In this document: in pieces, positions 19,043 to 25,089 of the stretch
How the letters are laid out: every line of letters begins with the position of its first letter
Numbering within the stretch: position 1 is the stretch's first letter
Source: Archaeoglobaceae archaeon
GTDB lineage: Archaea; Halobacteriota; Archaeoglobi; Archaeoglobales; Archaeoglobaceae
Length of the DNA: 25,089 nucleotides
Direction: 5' to 3'
Assembly: GCA_038893835.1 (NCBI GenBank)
Contig: JAWAQR010000020.1
Coordinates: forward strand, 1-25,089
Made by a program: the position numbers and the translations under genes
The notes under the pieces: model-generated
Seen by the model: only the letters and a program-made list of their open reading frames with translations
Told to the model about the DNA's origin: nothing
The model's database searches: none

Positions 19043-20251
19043 ATGGATCTGCCAACAATCGATGATGCAGGTAGTTTCAATTCAGTTCTATTAAGAGTTG
19101 ACATAAATGCACCAATCGTAAATTCAACGATTTTGGACACTTCAAGATTCAAAAGCCATGTTCCAACGATTCGAGAGCTTGAAGATAAAAAACTGGTGAT
19201 TCTAGCGCATCAGAGCAGACCGGGTAGAAAAGATTTTACGACACTTGAGGAGCACGCAAAGGTATTTTCTAGAATTCTTGGTAGAGAAGTTCAATACATA
19301 GACGAGATATTCAGCAAGAGAGTCATTGAGAAAATCAAGAGTCTTCACAACGGTGAAATATTGCTACTCGAAAATGTCAGATTTTATTCTGAAGAGCAGC
19401 TGGAAAGAAGCGCTGAGGAACATGCAGAGTCAATTCTTGTTCGCAGGTTGAGCAATCTCTTTGACATATTTGTAAACGACGCATTTTCAGCATTCCATAG
19501 AAGTCATGCATCTCTAGTCGGCTTCATTCCAGTTCTTCCAACATACATAGGCAGACTTGCAGAGAAAGAAATAAAAGCGCTTAGCAGAGCATTGAAGCCT
19601 GGAAGGACGGCGTTTGTTCTTGGAGGAGCGAAAATAAAGGATCCGATAAAGGTCATGAAGAATGTTTTACAGAACGGAATTGCAGAAAAAGTTTTTCTGA
19701 CAGGAGTCGTTGCAAACTATTTTTTGATGCTCAAAGGCAAAAACTTGGGTGAGGAGAACAGGAAAATAGTAGAAGAGAACAAGGAAGGTGTAAAGGATGA
19801 GGAGGCGAGGCTATTGCTGGAGAAATTTGGAGATAAAATAGTTCTTCCGCTAGACTTTGGCGTTGAAGATGAGGGAATGAGAAAAGATGTAGCAGTGGAG
19901 GAGTTTGATGGAAAAGGGAAGATAAAGGACATAGGTGTGGAAACTGTAAACGAATATACTTCTCTTTTACCCACTTTCGAAACAGTAGTCATAAATGGTA
20001 CAGCTGGTGTTTATGAAGAGAGCAAATTCGCTCTTGGAACATATGAAATTCTAAAAGCTGCTACAAAAACTTATGCAATTGTTGGTGGTGGGCACACAGC
20101 TTCTGCTGCGAACATCTTTGGTCTTTCAAACAAGATATCACACATATCCATCGCAGGAGGTGCCTGCGTTAGATTTTTGAGTGGAGAAAAGTTGCCAGTG
20201 TTGGAAAAAATCAAGGAATACTGGGAGAAGAAGTGGAAATATAAAAAATAA
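19043..20251 (+). CDS. pgk: Phosphoglycerate kinase
   Basis: LLRVDINAP, AHQSRPG, LLENVRF, FVNDAF..HRSHAS, LGGAK, DIG, GGGHT. Confidence 0.96.
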   Translation: MDLPTIDDAGSFNSVLLRVDINAPIVNSTILDTSRFKSHVPTIRELEDKKLVILAHQSRPGRKDFTTLEEHAKVFSRILGREVQYIDEIFSKRVIEKIKSLHNGEILLLENVRFYSEEQLERSAEEHAESILVRRLSNLFDIFVNDAFSAFHRSHASLVGFIPVLPTYIGRLAEKEIKALSRALKPGRTAFVLGGAKIKDPIKVMKNVLQNGIAEKVFLTGVVANYFLMLKGKNLGEENRKIVEENKEGVKDEEARLLLEKFGDKIVLPLDFGVEDEGMRKDVAVEEFDGKGKIKDIGVETVNEYTSLLPTFETVVINGTAGVYEESKFALGTYEILKAATKTYAIVGGGHTASAANIFGLSNKISHISIAGGACVRFLSGEKLPVLEKIKEYWEKKWKYKK

Positions 20252-20350
20252 TTTACATAATAAAAATTACCACAATAAAATTTTTTATAATTTTAATTTG
20301 TATATAAATATTAAAGAAAAATTTAAATTTCTAGAATAGAGGATGAATGG

Positions 20351-21760
20351 ATGTCGGAAATAATAAGAGAATACGAGAAAAAGCTAATAAGCGCTGAAGA
20401 AGCTGCGAAACTTGTTAAAGACGGAATGCTAATCGAACTTGGAGGAGCTGTAAACTTTGCAAGCATAATTGATAAGTATCTTGCACAGAGAAAATCTGAG
20501 CTTAGAGAAGTGGAAGTGGGAACTTTCATAGACATCATGCCCTACGAATTTCTCAGAGTTGATCCAATGCAGGAAGTTTTTAAGTGGCATAGCGGATTTT
20601 TGCACATTTACAGCAGACCTTTCAGCAAAGAGCTTGGAGTTTGCATGTTTAGACCAAATCTATATCATGATGTTCCAAAAATAGCAAGAGAAATCTTTTA
20701 TAAGAAAATAGACATATCTTTTATCCCCGTTACTCCAATGGACAGACATGGATACTTTAACTTTGGCCTAACCTGTTCCCATCTCAAAGCTCTCGCTGAA
20801 GCTGCGAAAACTGTAGTTGTGGTCGTGAAGAAAGACATGCCATGGATTTATGGTGGCTACGATGAGTGTATACACATTTCTGAAGTCGATTACATCGTTG
20901 AAGATGACGAGTTTCCCACGATGTCCTTAACCTTTATCCCACCACCAACAAAGGAGGATGAAATGATTGCAGAAAACATACTTGAAGCTGGATTGATTCA
21001 GAATGGTTCTACTTTGCAAGTTGGAATTGGTCCTTTGCCAGATGCTGTGATGAGAATTCTGAAAAAATGCGATTTCAGAGATCTCGGTATTCACACGGAA
21101 ATGATAGGAGATGGAACGAGAGCTTTGATTGAGGAAGGAATCGTAACGAACTCCCAGAAAAGGATAGATAAAAATAAGAGTGTTTTCACTTTTAGCGTTG
21201 GAACTAGAGAGCTCTATGATTATCTTAACAGGAATCCTGAAGTTGCAACGTATCCAGTGGATTATACGAACGATCCATTCATAATAGCTCAGCAACCGAA
21301 GATGTTCTCACTCAATCAGGCAATGCAGGTAGATTTAATGGGGCAGGTAAACTCAGAACAACTCGGATTGATCAGCCCAGCTGGAAAGCTTTTCCAGGTA
21401 AGCGGTACTGGTGGGCAGCTGGACTTTGTAATGGGATGTCTGTTCAGTAGAGATAGAAAGGGCAAAAGTGTTCTTGCCCTTTACTCAACCTACAATGGAC
21501 AATCCAGAATTGTCCCAATATTACCAGCTGGTTCCGCCGTTACTGTTCCAAGATCCATGACCCAATACATTGCAACAGAATTTGGGGTTGCTTATCTGAG
21601 AGGGTTAACAGTGAGAGAAAGGGCTATAGCGTTGATAAAAATAGCACATCCAGATCACAGAGATTGGCTCGCAAAAGAAGCGGAAAAACTTGGCATTTTC
21701 CCTCCAAATTACACGATACCAGCGGGAAAGCCTGAAAATGTGATAGTGATGAGGAACTGA
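20351..21760 (+). CDS. Acetyl-CoA hydrolase/transferase family (4-hydroxybutyrate CoA-transferase-like)
   Basis: PMDRHGYFNFG, STLQVGIG, LGIHTEM (catalytic Glu), VDLMGQV, SGTGGQLDF, TEFGVA.LRG, IAHPDHR. Confidence 0.92.
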   Translation: MSEIIREYEKKLISAEEAAKLVKDGMLIELGGAVNFASIIDKYLAQRKSELREVEVGTFIDIMPYEFLRVDPMQEVFKWHSGFLHIYSRPFSKELGVCMFRPNLYHDVPKIAREIFYKKIDISFIPVTPMDRHGYFNFGLTCSHLKALAEAAKTVVVVVKKDMPWIYGGYDECIHISEVDYIVEDDEFPTMSLTFIPPPTKEDEMIAENILEAGLIQNGSTLQVGIGPLPDAVMRILKKCDFRDLGIHTEMIGDGTRALIEEGIVTNSQKRIDKNKSVFTFSVGTRELYDYLNRNPEVATYPVDYTNDPFIIAQQPKMFSLNQAMQVDLMGQVNSEQLGLISPAGKLFQVSGTGGQLDFVMGCLFSRDRKGKSVLALYSTYNGQSRIVPILPAGSAVTVPRSMTQYIATEFGVAYLRGLTVRERAIALIKIAHPDHRDWLAKEAEKLGIFPPNYTIPAGKPENVIVMRN

Positions 21761-21796
21761 GATCTTCATACTTTTAGCTTTTAAAATTTGGTAGAG

Positions 21797-22045
21797 CTAG
21801 TCAAAATTTACCTCTTCCAATTTTTCAAGCTCTCCTATAATTGATTCGAGCTCTTTCATTTCTTTTTCAAGACTTTCAATTTCTTCCGTTAAGTTATCCC
21901 CCAATTCAGACATTCTGGGACTCTCAGTAGTTTCGGGTATTGGAGTTTTAGTCTCGATGGGAGTTGAAGTTTTTGGTTTTTCTGCTATGCAGCCGAGAAA
22001 AAGGATTTCGAGGATTAAAAAAATTAAAAATAATAATTTCTTCAT
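21797..22045 (-). CDS. Small lipoprotein with Thr/Pro linker and acidic coiled-coil tail, unknown function
   Basis: MKKLLFLIFLILEILFLG-C lipobox; KTSTPIETKTPIPETTESP; EEIESLEKEMKELESIIGELEKLEEVNFD; RBS AGGTGA overlaps the upstream stop (start ATG 22045 or TTG 22048). Confidence 0.75.
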   Translation of the reverse strand: MKKLLFLIFLILEILFLGCIAEKPKTSTPIETKTPIPETTESPRMSELGDNLTEEIESLEKEMKELESIIGELEKLEEVNFD

Positions 22046-22053
22046 CAAATCAC

Positions 22054-23064
22054 CTAGCAGCCAAAGTTCAGCGTTATTGATTCGCTAAACTCTCCTGTTG
22101 CGAACTTCTCATTGACGCATCTCTTGTAAGCATAACTTCCTTCTCCACTCATCTCAAGCTCTCCGCTTCCGTGTAAGACTATTCTAAATTTTCCATTACC
22201 TGTAGCGCTCACGTCACCTCTTAAGACAACATTCATCACTCCATCCTTTTCCACTTTTGTAACAGAATCCGCCTTTGCATCAACTGTTCCACGCCCAGTT
22301 ATCAATGCAACCATCTTTCCCTCAAGCTTAAAAGTTCCATTGACCGTTGCCTGCACAATACCATTACTCGGAGCAGGTTTATATTCTTTTGCAAGATTTT
22401 TCGCTTCATCGAATGCCATTTTCAGAGTTAGATTGAGTTTTTTGAATTCTTCAGCGATATCTTTCTCGGACGCTCCGTTTTCTATCTTATTCTTTATACT
22501 TTCTATTATATTCTTCGCATTTTCAATTGAACTCCTCAGCTTTGAAACATCAAGCCCAGAAGTCTCGAATCTATCTGCCAAGTTTTCCAAACCCTCCAAA
22601 ATCTTCTCTGCCCTTGCAATGGCATGCTCATAAGTTGCAAGTTTAAGTTCTCTGTGAGCATTCTTCCAAATCTTCGAGATTTCTATCATCGCATTGCGCA
22701 ATTCTTCATAATTCCTTGAGTTCATCATTTTTTCTCTTATAATCTCCATTTGCTGCTCTGCATATCTTATTCTTTCCTGTATCTTCAGCTTCACATCTTC
22801 GCCGATGTTCATGGTCTTAACTCTCTCCTTTAATCTTTCCATGAACTCGTTGCATTCCCTTTCCCACTTCATCATTTTTTCCTTTGTTTCAACAAACATC
22901 CTATCCATTGCTGGGGTTTCCAAAACATTTCCCTGACCCCTTTCACCTCTCACACTATCTCCTTTCAAAGGATTTTTCTCAATTCCATGCACTTGTGCAA
23001 TCGCTGGAGCAGCTAATATTAGGCAGATCAATACGGCAACCAACATCTTTTTCATACCCATCAC
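22054..23064 (-). CDS. Exported protein with long helical/coiled-coil region and Gly-rich beta C-terminal domain, unknown function
   Basis: Signal peptide MKKMLVAVLICLILAAPAIA; about 180 aa E/K-rich helices; C-terminal NGTFKLEG...GRGTV...GNGKF...GSGELEMSGEGSY strands. Confidence 0.8.
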   Translation of the reverse strand: MMGMKKMLVAVLICLILAAPAIAQVHGIEKNPLKGDSVRGERGQGNVLETPAMDRMFVETKEKMMKWERECNEFMERLKERVKTMNIGEDVKLKIQERIRYAEQQMEIIREKMMNSRNYEELRNAMIEISKIWKNAHRELKLATYEHAIARAEKILEGLENLADRFETSGLDVSKLRSSIENAKNIIESIKNKIENGASEKDIAEEFKKLNLTLKMAFDEAKNLAKEYKPAPSNGIVQATVNGTFKLEGKMVALITGRGTVDAKADSVTKVEKDGVMNVVLRGDVSATGNGKFRIVLHGSGELEMSGEGSYAYKRCVNEKFATGEFSESITLNFGC

Positions 23065-23208
23065 ATCTTTTCTTTTAATTTTTTTAAATATAAAGAAAGT
23101 TTTTTCAGTTGAGTCATTAAAGTTTTACGATACTTTATCTTCCTTCAAATGATTTTTATAATCTACAAATCTTGTCATTCAACTCTCCAATGTCTTTAAC
23201 TGGAAAAC

Positions 23209-23532
23209 TCATTTCTCTGGAACGTAAATTATTGTACCATCCTTTAGCTTATAAGCTGTACCAATTTTTTCCCCCTGTCCTCCATAAATCTCTTTAGTCA
23301 TGTTCATCACCTTTATCACTTCCCCATCCTTTATAATTATTTGCATTTTATCTTCCCCGGGATTTTTTACAATAGTAATCTTTTCATTTGGTGTTAGAAG
23401 CTCTGTAAGGTTATAAGCTGTTACGAGCATGACTAAGAAAGCCAGAGCTATTATTAAAGCTACGTCGAAAAGATTTGATACAAAGTCGAGTGGATTATCA
23501 TCTTCTATTTCATCAATCAACCTTCTTTTCAT
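23209..23532 (-). CDS. DUF2149 single-TM protein (ExbD/TolR-like)
   Basis: DDNPLDFVSNLFDVALIIALAFLV; KNPG...MQII.K.G; G.G.KIGTAYKLKDG..IYVPE; ATG 23532. Confidence 0.85.
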   Translation of the reverse strand: MKRRLIDEIEDDNPLDFVSNLFDVALIIALAFLVMLVTAYNLTELLTPNEKITIVKNPGEDKMQIIIKDGEVIKVMNMTKEIYGGQGEKIGTAYKLKDGTIIYVPEK

Positions 23533-24124
23533 ACTTATCACCCAATATCTTTACAACGTATTCCATATCGCTAAGATCTTCGAGATACCATCTCTTTCTG
23601 ACTGTAAAAATTACATAACCAACCCCACCAACTATTAAGCCGAGAACAGTCGTTGCAAAAGCTGTAATGAGATTTGTTGCCAATTCCTGTATATTTCCCT
23701 GTGATAAGGCAATCATTGCCGGACCTAAGGGAATCAGAGTTCCCATCAAACCTAGTATTGGACCAATTCTTGTGAGAATTCTTGGAATTTCGAGTTCCTT
23801 TGCAACTTTTAACTCGTATTCTTCAAGAAGTTTTTCAAGATCTTCCTTGCTTGGATTCAGCTTTTTTAAATCTAAAATGAACATTGTGAAAAATCTTGTA
23901 GCTTTAATGTTTTCAAGTTTTCGAATTAATTCTTCGAAATTAAAATTTTTTATTTTTCTCAAATCTTCAAAGCTTCTATGCCTTTTTGCACTCTCAACAA
24001 CGAAAGCTCCGAGTTCCATTAGCGAATAAACTACGAGCAAAATTAGAGCCAAAATTACTGGGTAAAGCAGTGAAGTTGAAATCGCATACATCGTTGTGTA
24101 AATTGCTGAAGTAATGCTAAACAT
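23513..24124 (-). CDS. MotA/TolQ/ExbB proton-channel family protein
   Basis: RIGPILGLMGTLIPLGPA...LATNLITAFATTVLGL...RKRWY..DL; three TM segments. Confidence 0.9.
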   Translation of the reverse strand: MFSITSAIYTTMYAISTSLLYPVILALILLVVYSLMELGAFVVESAKRHRSFEDLRKIKNFNFEELIRKLENIKATRFFTMFILDLKKLNPSKEDLEKLLEEYELKVAKELEIPRILTRIGPILGLMGTLIPLGPAMIALSQGNIQELATNLITAFATTVLGLIVGGVGYVIFTVRKRWYLEDLSDMEYVVKILGDKYEKKVD

Positions 24125-24818
24125 ATTTCATAACACCCCTTATCACTCCTAAAGCGATCGGAATCAGTAAAACCAAAGAGTATGGATTAAAGTTATCTGA
24201 AATTGAATAATCTAAGTTCATCCCTTGGATAATTGCTGGGACTAAGAGCATTGCGAAGATGTAGTATATGCCGAGAAGCAACATTATTTTTCCAAGTCTC
24301 TCCGGATCCCTCTTTCTCCCATAGGACAAAAAAAGGATTCCTGATGCTATTATCGCTCCAACAATTGCTCCTATAGCAATTTTAGGAATTTCAATGATTT
24401 GTGAAGCAAAATAGCAGGAAATGAAAATTGCTGCAAAGCAAACGGGGCAGGGAATTGCCATTGCTAGGAAAGTTTTGTTCGATAAATCGATTCCACAACT
24501 GGCCTTTCTTATGGTCATGTATCCAGCTAAAATTAACAGAGTTGCGACGATCAAATGAAAAGCAATCGTATAGTTTAGCAAAGTTGAAAGGGAGAAAATC
24601 AAGCTTTCAAGCATGAATCCGAAAATTGTAGCGATTGAAAAATAAGTCAGGGCGAGAATGTAGACGATCTTTTTTTCCAAGTTACTGTATCTGCATCCAA
24701 TGCCAGCTTTAAAGGCAACGATTGCAGATCCTATCATTAATCCTGCAATTTGTGGATTTAATGCGATGAGCGCAATCAGAGTCGCTATGAATATCGCTTC
24801 AACTCTGTAAAGTTTCAT
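24117..24818 (-). CDS. DUF2162 predicted membrane transporter
   Basis: Multi-TM; FKAGIG, H..VA..LI.AG, LAMAIPCPVCF (CPxC), LG.IMLLLG.YY; overlaps the exbB-like gene. Confidence 0.82.
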   Translation of the reverse strand: MKLYRVEAIFIATLIALIALNPQIAGLMIGSAIVAFKAGIGCRYSNLEKKIVYILALTYFSIATIFGFMLESLIFSLSTLLNYTIAFHLIVATLLILAGYMTIRKASCGIDLSNKTFLAMAIPCPVCFAAIFISCYFASQIIEIPKIAIGAIVGAIIASGILFLSYGRKRDPERLGKIMLLLGIYYIFAMLLVPAIIQGMNLDYSISDNFNPYSLVLLIPIALGVIRGVMKYV

Positions 24819-24872
24819 TTATTTGATATAAAGAATTGTGAATTTAAGCTTTTTGTTTCAAAACTTCCAAAT

Positions 24873-25089
24873 TTACAAGTCAAGTATCCTTTGAGTTAGC
24901 TTTATCCAGAGAAGACCATCGATCTTTTTGAGCTCAATGTATCTTCTTTTTCGAGTCTTCTTTTACTTTTTCGATTTTGAGATAGTATCTTCAGCAGATT
25001 TGGGAAGTTTATTCCTAAGCCGTTTTTTAGGATGTAAAAGATTAGCTTTTTAAGCGGTAGCGGTTTTGATGCCTTCCAGCCCCAAGAAT
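24873..25089 (-). pseudogene. Possible frameshifted remnant of a winged-helix protein, 5' end outside the window
   Basis: One frame gives ...KKLIFYILKNG...KRRLEKE and a shifted frame near 24943 gives YIELKKIDGLLWIKLTQRILDL*; joined they read LEKE(G)YIE...LT, a wHTH wing pattern. Confidence 0.3.

Noticed and set aside
21746-21760. Box C (GTGATGA) and box D (CTGA) suggesting a C/D sRNA
   Set aside because: Only 4 nt apart with no guide region, and both are explained by the final codons and stop of the CoA-transferase.
21905-21980. Short repeats in the lipoprotein gene as a DNA repeat array
   Set aside because: They reflect a Thr/Pro low-complexity linker.
23065-23208. Possible riboswitch, sRNA or gene relic in the 144-nt spacer
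   Set aside because: Only short partial repeats (AGTTGA/TCAACT, GTCATT); no convincing stem or reading frame.

Overview
Gene-dense, AT-rich archaeal chromosomal segment, most likely from an Archaeoglobi-type euryarchaeote (inferred from recalled resemblance of SepCysS, the exosome/proteasome cluster and TFE to Archaeoglobus proteins; no search run). Left to right: a 3'-truncated GT-C membrane glycosyltransferase missed by the ORF track; an RLAN / RimK-like ATP-grasp / GCS2 ligase / YkgJ Cys-cluster operon; a small wHTH gene; a minus-strand PAC2-DUF473-ADP-ribosylglycohydrolase-PurP-like block; tRNA-Leu(UAA) abutting a heavily deleted copA pseudogene; a DUF2258 (ThermoDBP-related) gene; a crotonase-family enzyme; tfe; the pscS-rnp2-psmA-SBDS-rrp4-rrp41-rrp42 operon; a secreted SNase+lamin-tail nuclease; an Lrp regulator; argJ; pgk; a CoA-transferase; an uncharacterised secreted coiled-coil protein + lipoprotein pair; and a DUF2162-ExbB/TolQ-DUF2149 membrane module. 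The best candidates for undescribed biology are the dual-ligase RLAN/RimK/GCS2 operon and the ExbB/ExbD-like motor module with its neighbouring exported proteins. No CRISPR array, rRNA or intact mobile element was seen.
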